In this document: piece after piece, positions 17,643 through 26,395 of the stretch
How positions within the stretch are numbered: position 1 is the first letter of the stretch
Layout of the letters: every line of letters starts with the position of its first letter
DNA from: Rhodobacterales bacterium
GTDB lineage: Bacteria; Pseudomonadota; Alphaproteobacteria; Rhodobacterales; CAZPXZ01
DNA length: 64,000 bases
Reading direction: 5' to 3'
Assembly: GCA_965221505.1 (NCBI GenBank)
Contig: CBDCSI010000001.1
Span: 172,504 to 236,503, forward strand
Position numbers and translations under genes: made by a program
Notes under the pieces: generated by a model
Database searches by the model: none
Told to the model about the DNA's origin: nothing
Seen by the model: only the letters and a program-made list of their open reading frames with translations

Positions 17643-18305
17643 ATGCCTGCCAGACGCCTCGTATGGATCGCGGTCGGGGACTCCGTTCTCCGCGAGGTTC
17701 TCGTGGAGCAACTGGACGACACCCCCGGCCTCGAAGCGCTGGACGGCGGCGCCGGGGCCGGCCGCATGCCTTCGGGGCCGCTGCCGGACGCGGCGCTGGT
17801 CGACGCCGACCGGCTCGAGTCGTATCGGGACGGGCCGGTTCCGGCGATCGGAATCGGGCGTCCGGCCGCGGCGGGGGATCCGGTCCTCCGGCTTCCCTTG
17901 CGCATCGGCGACGCGGTCGCGCGGATTCACGCCGCCGTCCGGGCGAGCCGGGACCGCCGGGCCCGGTTCCGCGTCGGCCCGGCCGAATTCGACCATCGCG
18001 AGCGGTGCGTGCGGTCGGCGGGCGGCCGGACCGGCACGTTGACCGCGATGGAATCGGAGATGCTGCTCCACCTGTGCCGGTCCGGGGCGCGGGCGGCGAC
18101 GCGGGACGAATTGCTGCGCGCGGTCTGGGGCTATTCCGCCCTGGCGGAGACCCATACGGTCGAGACTCATGTCTGGCGGTTGCGCTCCGTTCTGGATGAA
18201 GCCGGCTGCGGCGGGATCCTGCGACGGGACGAGGGAGGGTACCGTCTCGATCCGGCCGCGGTTCCGCTCCATGATACCGGCCGGGAGCCGACGGACGGAG
18301 GCTGA
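17643..18305 (+). CDS. OmpR/PhoB-type winged-helix transcriptional regulator with degenerate receiver domain
   Basis: The C-terminus has a trans_reg_C pattern (LTAMESEMLLHL...TRDELLRAVWGY...THTVETHVWRLR). The N-terminal domain lacks the usual DD pocket and the conserved T and K residues. Confidence 0.8.
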   Translation: MPARRLVWIAVGDSVLREVLVEQLDDTPGLEALDGGAGAGRMPSGPLPDAALVDADRLESYRDGPVPAIGIGRPAAAGDPVLRLPLRIGDAVARIHAAVRASRDRRARFRVGPAEFDHRERCVRSAGGRTGTLTAMESEMLLHLCRSGARAATRDELLRAVWGYSALAETHTVETHVWRLRSVLDEAGCGGILRRDEGGYRLDPAAVPLHDTGREPTDGG

Positions 18306-18359
18306 GGGAGGACTCGGCCCGAGCGGAACGGCGCGCGAACGACGCCGGGCGGCCGGAGT

Positions 18360-21300
18360 TCAGGCGGTCGCCGACGCCGCGTCCGCGTCCGAGAGGGGGC
18401 GTTCGAGGCGCTCGATCCGCTCTTTCGGACAGACCTGCCAGATCCGCGCCAGGGTGCGGCGCCAGGCTTGCAGCAGATCCCGCGCCAGGGGCGACCCGGT
18501 GGCCTCCGCATGCGCTTCTACGAGGTTGCGCAGGACGGATTCCCAATATGCGGATTCGACCCGAACCGCGATCACCGTGTCCCCGTTCAGGCGCTCGAGG
18601 AAGTCTCCCTCGTCGTCGAGTACGAACGCCATGCCGCCGGTCATGCCGGCGCCGAAATTGTCGCCGACCCGGCCGAGCAGCGCGACGGTGCCGCCGGTCA
18701 TGTATTCGCAGCCGTTGGCGCCGCAACCCTCGACCACGGCTTCGGCTCCGGAATTGCGCACCGCGAAGCGTTCTCCGGCCTGGCCGTTGGCGAACAGGCG
18801 GCCGCCGGTGGCGCCGTAGAGCACCGTGTTGCCGACGATGGTGTTCTCGTGCGGGACGAGAATCGAGTCCAGCGGCGGGCGGAGGACGATCTCGCCGCCG
18901 GAGAGGCCCTTGCCGACGTAGTCGTTGGCGTCGCCGCGCACGTCGACCCTGAGTCCGGCCGCGCCGAAGGCGGCGAGGGACTGTCCGGCCGAGCCTTCGA
19001 GCCGGATCGTCAGATGTCCCGGCGACAGGGGACGGTCCCGGCCGAATCGGCGCACGATGTGGGACGACACCCTCGTGCCCACGGCCCGCTGCGTGTTTCG
19101 CACGGTGTAGGAGAGGTCCATCTTCCGCCCGTCGCGCAGGAACGGCTCGGCGTCGCGCAGGATTTCGGCGTCCAGCGTGTCCGGCACCTCGACCCGGTGC
19201 GCGTGGCGGTCGCGCCGCAGCGAAGACGCGTCGGCCTTCTCGATTCGCGTGAGAAGCGGGCTGAGATCGAGGTCGTCGAGATGGGGGGCGCCGCGGCTGA
19301 CCTGTTCGAGGAGGTCGGTGCGGCCGACGATCTCGTCGACGGAGCGGACTCCCAGCGAGGCCAGCAGCTCCCGCACCTCGCCGGCGAGCAGCGTGAAGAA
19401 ATTCACCACCCGCTCGGGCGTGCCGGCGAATTTGTCTCGCAGCTTCGGATTCTGCGTACAGATTCCGACCGGGCAGGTGTTGGAGTGGCACTGGCGCACC
19501 ATGATACAGCCCATCGCGACCAGCGCGGCCGTGCCGACCCCGTACTCCTCGGCGCCCATCATGGCCGCCATCGCCACGTCGCGGGCGGTCCGGACGGAGC
19601 CGTCGGTCCGAAGGATCACCCGCTCGCGCAGGTCGTTCAGCGTCAGGATCTGGTGCGCCTCGGAGAGGCCCATCTCCCAGGGCAGGCCGGCGTGCTTGAT
19701 CGAGGTCTGCGCCGCGGCGCCGGTGCCGCCGTTGTGGCCGGAGATCAGGATGATGTCGGCCTTGGCCTTGGCGACGCCGGCGGCGATGGTTCCGACCCCG
19801 GTCGAGGCGACCAGCTTCACGGTGACCCGGGCGACCGGATTGATCTGCTTCAGGTCGAAGATCAGCTGGGCGAGATCCTCGATCGAATAGATATCGTGAT
19901 GCGGCGGCGGCGAAATCAGGCTGACGCCCGGGGTCGAGTGCCTGAGCCGGGCGATGGTCGGCGTCACCTTGAAGCCCGGCAGCTGGCCGCCCTCGCCCGG
20001 CTTGGCGCCCTGCGCGACCTTGATCTCGATCTCGTCGCACGCGTTCAGATACGCCGCGGTGACGCCGAAGCGACCGGACGCGATCTGCTTGATCCGCGCG
20101 GCCCGGTTCTCGCCGTCCTCGGAGTTCAGGGTTCGCTCCAGGTCCTCGCCGCCCTCGCCGGAATCGGACTTGGCGCCGATCCGGTTCATGGCCACGTTGA
20201 GGGTCTCGTGCGCCTCCGGACTCAGGGCCCCGAGCGACATGCCGGGGGTGACGAACCGGCGGCGGATGGAGGCGACGGACTCGACTTCCGAAAGCGGCAC
20301 CGGATCCCCGGCGGTGCGGAAGCCGAGCAGGTCCCGGAGATGCGTCGGCGGCATGTCCTGCAGCCGTCCGGCGAAGCGGCGCCACAACTCCATGCTTCCG
20401 CTCGCGCAGGCCGACTGCATGAGATGCATGCCGCGCGCGTCCCAGGAGTGCGTCTCGCCCCGCGCGCGGGCCTTGTAGAAGCCGCCGATGGGCAGCGCGA
20501 CGGCGTCCGTGCGGAAGGCGCGCGCATGCGACGCCAGCGCGCTTCGCTCGATGCCGGCGAGGCCGATCCCGGAGATCCGGCTCGCGACCCCCGGAAAATA
20601 CTCCGAGACCAGCGCCCGCGAGAGCCCGACCGCCTCGAAGTTGTAGCCGCCCCGGTAGGACGAGACGACCGAGATGCCCATCTTCGACATGATCTTGAGG
20701 AGGCCCTGCTCGGCCGCCTCGCGGTAGCGGTCGAGGCAGGCCGAGAGCGAGAGCCCGCCGAACAGCCCCCGGCGATGGCGGTCGGCGACGCTCTCCTGCG
20801 CGAGCCAGGCGTTAACGGTGGTCGCGCCGCAGCCGATGAGGACCGCGAAGTGATGCGGATCCACGCATTCGGCGGAACGCACGCCGATCGAGCAGAAGGT
20901 CCGCAATCCCTGCCGCACCAGCCAGCCGTGCACGGCGCTGGTGGCGAGGATCGCCGGAATCGCGGCGCGGTCGGCGTCGATGCGCTCGTCGGTCAGCACC
21001 AGGTGGGCGACCCCGGCCCGGACCGCGTCCTCGGCGTCGGTGCGGATCCGGTGCAGCGCGGCGCGAAGCGCGTCCGCCCGGCCGTCGGCCGGGAACAGGC
21101 AGTCGAGCTCCCGCTCCTCGTCGCCGAAGGCGCGGCGCATCTCGGCGAATTGCTCGTTGAGGACGACCGGGCTGTCGAGCAGCAGGTTCTCGGTCTGCGA
21201 CTGCCCCTCGTCGAGCACGTTCTTCAGGTTGCCGAAGCGGGTGTTCAGGCTCATCACCCGGTGTTCCCGGAGCGGATCGATGGGCGGGTTGGTCACCTGG

Positions 21301-22913
21301 GAGAAGTTCTGCCGGAAGAAGTGGCTGAGGGGGCGGTGCAGGTCCGAGAGCACCGCCAGCGGCGCGTCGTCGCCCATGGAACCCACGGCCTCCTTGCCGT
21401 CCTCCGCCATGGGGTGAAGAACCGTCTCCAGCTCCTCGATCGTGTAGCGCGCGGCAATCTGCATGCGGCGGAGTTCGCCGGCCTCGAGACGGGGCGACTC
21501 GACGGCGCCGCGAACCCGGGGCGAGAGATCCACGATATGGGCGGTCCATTCGCGGAAGGGCCGGGAGGACGCCAGGGTCTCCTTGATCTCCCGGTCGCGG
21601 CGGACGACCCCGTCCCGCAGGTCCACGCCGAAGATCTGTCCCGGACCGAGACGGCCGTTCTCGACGACCTCCGCGTCCGGCACTGCGACCATGCCCGTTT
21701 CGGAGCCTGCGATGGCGAGGCCGCCGGCGGTGATCTGGTAGCGCATGGGCCGGAGCCCGTTCCGGTCCGTTCCGGTGACGACCCAGCGGCCGTCCGTCGC
21801 GACGATCGCCGCGGGACCGTCCCAGGGCTCCATGACGGCGTTGGCGTAACTGTACAGGTTGCGCCACTCGTCGGGCATGGCGGTGGCCTTCTTGGACCAG
21901 GCTTCGGGCAGGAGCAGGGTCTTGGCCATCGGCGCGTCGCGGCCGGCCCGGACGAGGAGCTCGAAGACCGCGTCGAGCGCGCCGGAGTCGGACGCGCCGG
22001 GGGGGATGACCGGCTTCACGTCGTCGGCGCGGGCGCCGAATCCCTCGTGCGCCAGGCGGATCTCGTGGGACTGCATCCAGTTGGCGTTGCCCCTGACCGT
22101 GTTGATCTCGCCGTTGTGGGCGAGCGCCCGGAACGGCTGCGCGAGCCACCATTGCGGAAAGGTGTTGGTCGAGTAGCGCTGGTGGAAGAGGGCGTAGCGC
22201 GACTCGAACCGCTCGTCCTGAAGGTCGGGATAGAACGCCGCGACCTGCTCGGCCAGCATCATTCCCTTGTAGACCACCGAACGGCAGGAGAGCGAGCAGA
22301 CGTAGAACTCGGCGACCCGCGCGGCGGCTGCGCGCGATTCCATCCGGCGCCGGGCGAGATAGAGCTGCCGCTCGAACCGTTCCGGCTCGATTCCGACGGG
22401 CCCGGCGACCATGATCTGCGCGATCTCCGGCCGCGTGGCGTCGGCCTTGGCGCCGAGCACGCCGACCTCGACGGGAACGTGGCGCCAGCCGTAGAGCGAA
22501 TAGCCGAGGGCGAGCATTTCCGACTCGACGATCGACTTGCAGGCTTCCTGCGCCGCGAAGTCGGATCTCGGCAGGAAAATCTGTCCGACCGCCAGCCGCC
22601 CGTCCTGGGGAACGTGTCCGGTCTTGCGGATCTCGTCGTCGAAGAACCCGGCCGGAATGTCGAGATGGAGGCCGGCGCCGTCGCCGGTGCGTCCGTCGGC
22701 GTCGACCGCGCCCCGGTGCCAGACGTTGCAGAGCGCCTCGATTCCCTTGTCGACCACTTCCCGCCGCGGCGTGCCGTCGATCGCGGCGACGAAGCCGACG
22801 CCGCAGGCGTCGCGGTCCAGGATCGGCGGGTGTCCCGGCGCGGAGGACAGGCGGCGACGGAGCGCGCGCTCGCGGGAGGCCCAGTCGGGCGGAAGGCTCT
22901 TGCTCGAACTCAT
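18360..22913 (-). CDS. gltB: glutamate synthase large subunit
   Basis: ATG 22913 overlaps the gltD stop (ATGA). The N-terminal amidotransferase Cys lies in DACGVGF, and FMN/Fe-S and GXGXG domains are recognisable across 1517 aa. Confidence 0.97.
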   Translation of the reverse strand: MSSSKSLPPDWASRERALRRRLSSAPGHPPILDRDACGVGFVAAIDGTPRREVVDKGIEALCNVWHRGAVDADGRTGDGAGLHLDIPAGFFDDEIRKTGHVPQDGRLAVGQIFLPRSDFAAQEACKSIVESEMLALGYSLYGWRHVPVEVGVLGAKADATRPEIAQIMVAGPVGIEPERFERQLYLARRRMESRAAAARVAEFYVCSLSCRSVVYKGMMLAEQVAAFYPDLQDERFESRYALFHQRYSTNTFPQWWLAQPFRALAHNGEINTVRGNANWMQSHEIRLAHEGFGARADDVKPVIPPGASDSGALDAVFELLVRAGRDAPMAKTLLLPEAWSKKATAMPDEWRNLYSYANAVMEPWDGPAAIVATDGRWVVTGTDRNGLRPMRYQITAGGLAIAGSETGMVAVPDAEVVENGRLGPGQIFGVDLRDGVVRRDREIKETLASSRPFREWTAHIVDLSPRVRGAVESPRLEAGELRRMQIAARYTIEELETVLHPMAEDGKEAVGSMGDDAPLAVLSDLHRPLSHFFRQNFSQVTNPPIDPLREHRVMSLNTRFGNLKNVLDEGQSQTENLLLDSPVVLNEQFAEMRRAFGDEERELDCLFPADGRADALRAALHRIRTDAEDAVRAGVAHLVLTDERIDADRAAIPAILATSAVHGWLVRQGLRTFCSIGVRSAECVDPHHFAVLIGCGATTVNAWLAQESVADRHRRGLFGGLSLSACLDRYREAAEQGLLKIMSKMGISVVSSYRGGYNFEAVGLSRALVSEYFPGVASRISGIGLAGIERSALASHARAFRTDAVALPIGGFYKARARGETHSWDARGMHLMQSACASGSMELWRRFAGRLQDMPPTHLRDLLGFRTAGDPVPLSEVESVASIRRRFVTPGMSLGALSPEAHETLNVAMNRIGAKSDSGEGGEDLERTLNSEDGENRAARIKQIASGRFGVTAAYLNACDEIEIKVAQGAKPGEGGQLPGFKVTPTIARLRHSTPGVSLISPPPHHDIYSIEDLAQLIFDLKQINPVARVTVKLVASTGVGTIAAGVAKAKADIILISGHNGGTGAAAQTSIKHAGLPWEMGLSEAHQILTLNDLRERVILRTDGSVRTARDVAMAAMMGAEEYGVGTAALVAMGCIMVRQCHSNTCPVGICTQNPKLRDKFAGTPERVVNFFTLLAGEVRELLASLGVRSVDEIVGRTDLLEQVSRGAPHLDDLDLSPLLTRIEKADASSLRRDRHAHRVEVPDTLDAEILRDAEPFLRDGRKMDLSYTVRNTQRAVGTRVSSHIVRRFGRDRPLSPGHLTIRLEGSAGQSLAAFGAAGLRVDVRGDANDYVGKGLSGGEIVLRPPLDSILVPHENTIVGNTVLYGATGGRLFANGQAGERFAVRNSGAEAVVEGCGANGCEYMTGGTVALLGRVGDNFGAGMTGGMAFVLDDEGDFLERLNGDTVIAVRVESAYWESVLRNLVEAHAEATGSPLARDLLQAWRRTLARIWQVCPKERIERLERPLSDADAASATA

Positions 22914-24346
22914 GCTGCAGTCCTCAATTCCGTAGCGGCGCCGAGTCGCCGGTGAATCGCCTCCGCCGCCTCGCGTCCGTCGCGGATGGCCCAGACCACC
23001 AGCGACGCCCCGCGGACGACGTCGCCGGCCGCGTAGACGCCCTCCATGCTGGTCTTTCCCGTGCGGACGTCGGCGCGAACCGTGCCCCAGCCGGTCAGCG
23101 CCGGCGCGTGTTCGCCCCACAGTGCCGCGAAGTCTTCCGGATCGAAGCCCAGCGCCTTGACCGCAAGGCCGCATTCGACGTCGAACAGGCCGCCTTCGAC
23201 CGGTTCGGGGGCGCGGCGCCCGGTCCGGTCGGGCGGGCCGAGCTGCATCTGCTGGGCGCGAATCGCGGCGACCGAATCGTCCCCGGCGAACGCCTTCGGC
23301 GCCGATAGCCACTCGAAGCGGACGCCCTCTTCCTCCGCGTGGAACACTTCCCGGCGGGATCCGGGCATGTTGCTGCGGTCCCGCCGGTAGAGGCAGCGGA
23401 CCGAGGCGGCGCCTTGCCGTACGGCGGTCCGGACGCAGTCCATGGCGGTATCGCCGCCGCCGATCACGGCGACGTGCCGGTCGCGGGCGTCCAGGACGCC
23501 GCTGTCGAAGGCCGGCACCCGGTCGCCGAGGCCCTTCCGGTTCGAGGCGGTGAGAAAGTCGATCGCCTGCACGATCCCGCCGAGTCCGGAGCCGGGTCCG
23601 CCCAGGTCGCGAGCCTTGTATACGCCGGTAGCGAGGAGAACCGCGGAGTGCCGGGCACGGATCTCGCCGAGGCCGATATCCGTGCCCACGTTACAATTCA
23701 TCCGGAAGTCGACGCCGCCCTCCGCCAGCAGTTCGACGCGGCGCAGCACCGCTTCCTTGTCCAGCTTGAAATTCGGGATTCCGTAAATCAGGAGCCCGCC
23801 GGCGCGGTCGTGGCGGTCGTAGACGACGACCCGGTAGCCCCGGCGCCGGAGCGCGTCGGCCGCCGCCAGTCCGGCCGGGCCGGCGCCGACGATTCCGACC
23901 GATTCGAGCCGCTCCAGCGGCGGGGCGGGGGGGCGCACCCAGCCCTTTTCCCATGCCGTTTCGGTGATGTAGCGCTCGATGGCGCCGATGGTGACGGTTC
24001 CGTGGCCGGACTGTTCGATGACGCAATTGCCTTCGCACAGCCGGTCCTGCGGGCAGATTCGCCCGCAGATCTCTGGGAAGGTGTTCGTCGCCTGCGAGAG
24101 TTCGTAGGCTTCCTCGAGGCGGTTCTCGGCCGTCAGCTTCAGCCAGTCCGGGATGTTGTTGTGGAGCGGACAATGGGTCTGGCAGGCCGGAACGCCGCAT
24201 TGCGAGCAGCGAGCGGCCTGCTCGGCCGCGCGCTCGGCCGCATACTCTCGGTAGATTTCGCCGAAATCCTCGCGACGCGCCTCGGCCGCCCGCTTCTGCG
24301 GCATGGCGCCGGGGGTGTCGACGAAGGCGAGCATTCTTGCGGGCAT
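22910..24346 (-). CDS. gltD: glutamate synthase small subunit (NADPH)
   Basis: ATG 24346 has GGAGA upstream. Cys clusters (CSQCGVPACQTHCP, CGRICP...CEGNC) and two dinucleotide folds (GAGPAGLAAA, VIGGGDTAMD) are present. Confidence 0.95.
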   Translation of the reverse strand: MPARMLAFVDTPGAMPQKRAAEARREDFGEIYREYAAERAAEQAARCSQCGVPACQTHCPLHNNIPDWLKLTAENRLEEAYELSQATNTFPEICGRICPQDRLCEGNCVIEQSGHGTVTIGAIERYITETAWEKGWVRPPAPPLERLESVGIVGAGPAGLAAADALRRRGYRVVVYDRHDRAGGLLIYGIPNFKLDKEAVLRRVELLAEGGVDFRMNCNVGTDIGLGEIRARHSAVLLATGVYKARDLGGPGSGLGGIVQAIDFLTASNRKGLGDRVPAFDSGVLDARDRHVAVIGGGDTAMDCVRTAVRQGAASVRCLYRRDRSNMPGSRREVFHAEEEGVRFEWLSAPKAFAGDDSVAAIRAQQMQLGPPDRTGRRAPEPVEGGLFDVECGLAVKALGFDPEDFAALWGEHAPALTGWGTVRADVRTGKTSMEGVYAAGDVVRGASLVVWAIRDGREAAEAIHRRLGAATELRTAA

Positions 24347-24434
24347 CGAGCTGTCTCCAGGCGGATGGAGGCGAAAGGACCGGGGTCTCGGCACCGAAGG
24401 AACTGGGGGCGGCCATGTTAACCGATCTAGGCTA

Positions 24435-24462
24435 CCCATACAAGACAGTACTATTGCCGTAA
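24435..24462 (-). promoter_or_regulatory. candidate gltDB promoter (TTACGG-16 nt-TATGGG on minus strand)
   Basis: It lies in the only AT-rich patch upstream of gltD. The hexamers were read by eye and there is no experimental support. Confidence 0.25.
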
Positions 24463-24638
24463 AATTCGGATGTCTGCCCGCCGGTCCGAATTGGGTTTCT
24501 GAGTTTCGAAAAAAGTATGGCAGTACCTATGTCATAGTAGCCCGGTCCAGCCTGGTGGCGTTGGCAGTGCGACGACCGACGAGACCGGTCGTATGGAATG
24601 CGTCCGCGGATTCGCCGGCTTGCGGGTACGAGCGGGGG

Positions 24639-25745
24639 CGATTCGGACCGCCGGGTCCATGCGCCGAACTGCACGGGACGGGGCGGGTATTGCAGGCCGG
24701 CGGCATCGCTCTGCACAGTCGGAGGGCGATTCCGACGACACTGAGACAGATTCCGGCAACATTGAGACAGCGTTCGTCACCTTCAGCGATATTCGCTTGC
24801 GTTTGCGTCGAACGCTCCGGTCTACCGGGGCCTGGGACCGGGACCGGGGCCGGTTTCGCAGGGAGTCCTCGCAGACCGACGGCCGGCAGCGCGAGCGACG
24901 GCGATTCGGACTGCCGGGTTCGGGCGCCGAATTGCACGGGACGGGGCGGGTTTTGCAGGCCGGCGGCATCGTTCTGCACGGTCGGAGGGCGATTCCGACG
25001 GCACTGAGACAGATTCCGGCAACATTGAGACAGCGTTCGTCACCTTCAGCGATATGCGCTTGCGTCTGCGTCGAACGCTGCCGTCTACCGGGACCTGGGA
25101 CCGGGACTGGGGCAGGGTTCCCAGGGAGTTATCGTTGACCGACGGTCGGAAGCGAGAGCGGCGGCGATTCGGACTGCCGGGTTCGGGCGCCGAATTGCAC
25201 GGGACGGGGCGGGATTTGCAGGCCGGCGGCATCGTTCTGCACGGTCGGAGGGCGATTCCGACGGCACTGAGACAGATTCCGGCAACATTGAGACAGCGTT
25301 CGTCACCTTCAGCGATATGCGCTTGCGTTTACGTCGAACGCTCCGGTCTACCGGGGCCTGGGACCGGGACCGGGGCCGGTTTCGCAGGGAGTCCTCGCAG
25401 ACCGACGGCCGGCAGCGCGAGCGGCGGCGATTCGGACTGCCGGGTTCGGGCGCCGAATTGCACGGGACGGGGCGGGATTTGCAGGCCGGCGGCATCGCTC
25501 TGCACGGTCGGAGGGCGATTCCGACGACACTGAGACAGATTCCGGCAATATTGAGACAGCGTTCGTCACCTTCAGCGATATTCGCTTGCGTTTGCGTCGA
25601 ACGCTCCGGTCTACCGGGGACCGGGACCGGGACCGGGGCAGGGTTCGCAGGGAGTTGTCGTTGATCGACGGCCGGCAGCGCGAGCGGCAGCGATTCGTAC
25701 TGCCGGGTTCAGGCGCCGAATTGCACGGGACGGGGTACGGGTTCG
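24639..25745. repeat. tandem repeat, 263-bp unit, four full copies plus a truncated fifth
   Basis: The anchor cgattcgga/cgattcgta recurs at 24639, 24902, 25165, 25428 and 25691, exactly 263 bp apart. Copies are near-identical over the first ~200 nt, and the last ~60 nt occur in two alternating variants. Confidence 0.95.
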
Positions 25746-26395
25746 GATTCCGCCCGTGACCGGCAGCAGCGTGTTTGGGGGACCCGATCGGGGAGGTGGG
25801 GGGATTCTTCGACGATCTGCACGACCGCAGCCGAGCGCCGTCCGGCGATCGTTGACTACGGACGGTCGGCCCGACCCCAGTTGCGCAGGCGGGCAGCCCG
25901 TCGCAATTCCGCCGCGTTCGGCCGACCGCGCGGACCGGGAGAGGAGTGTCCGCTGCGTGTCGCCTCGGGGCAGCGAATTTCAGGCAATTCAATCGCGGTC
26001 CGTCAGGTTGGCAATTTCATCTTTTGCTTCGCCCGCCACCCCTGCCGACGGGAGAAAAGGGCGCATTTCACTTCAGCGTATGCGCCGACAGGGACGTTCC
26101 TCGGTTCCAGGTCACTTCGTTGACCGACGACCAAGGAGTCCGCGCTTGATCGTGCGGATGTCAGTGCGCACACTTGTCCAGTTTCGGCGTGTGCCGCTAC
26201 CGTGCCCGGCAGATTGAGACCTGATCGGCCGCGACCAAGCGAGCGTCAACACGAAAGGTTCGACGGCCGCATCGACCGCCGTTTCGGTTCGCGGACGAAT
26301 GGCTCGTCCATGGACATGTCGAGCCTCGGGTCACAGTCGTCCGCATGTGCGATTCACGCGCCCAAGACAGAGGACCTCTTCAGCGGGGAATTGCA

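Noticed and set aside
18468-22955. 1495-aa ORF antisense to gltB.
   Set aside because: It mirrors the gltB frame, has no motifs, is rich in Arg/Gly/Asp/Glu and has no SD-start. It is a classic shadow ORF of a high-GC gene.
24922-24936. Sigma-54-like GG-N10-GC element (gggcgccgaattgca) in every repeat unit, tempting because gltBD is nitrogen-related.
   Set aside because: Only the GG and TTGCA parts match, and the TGGCAC half is poor. GG dinucleotides are trivially frequent at this GC content. I found no enhancer-binding-protein sites. It remains a speculation to test, not a call.
24639-25745. CRISPR array, or a repeat-protein gene, as an explanation for the tandem repeats.
   Set aside because: The units are 263 bp and directly abutting, with no unique spacers, and no cas genes lie in the window. 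The 263-bp period is not divisible by 3, so the ORFs through the array (24303..25007, 24593..25138, 25054..25533, 25317..25664 and the minus-strand equivalents) shift frame in each unit.
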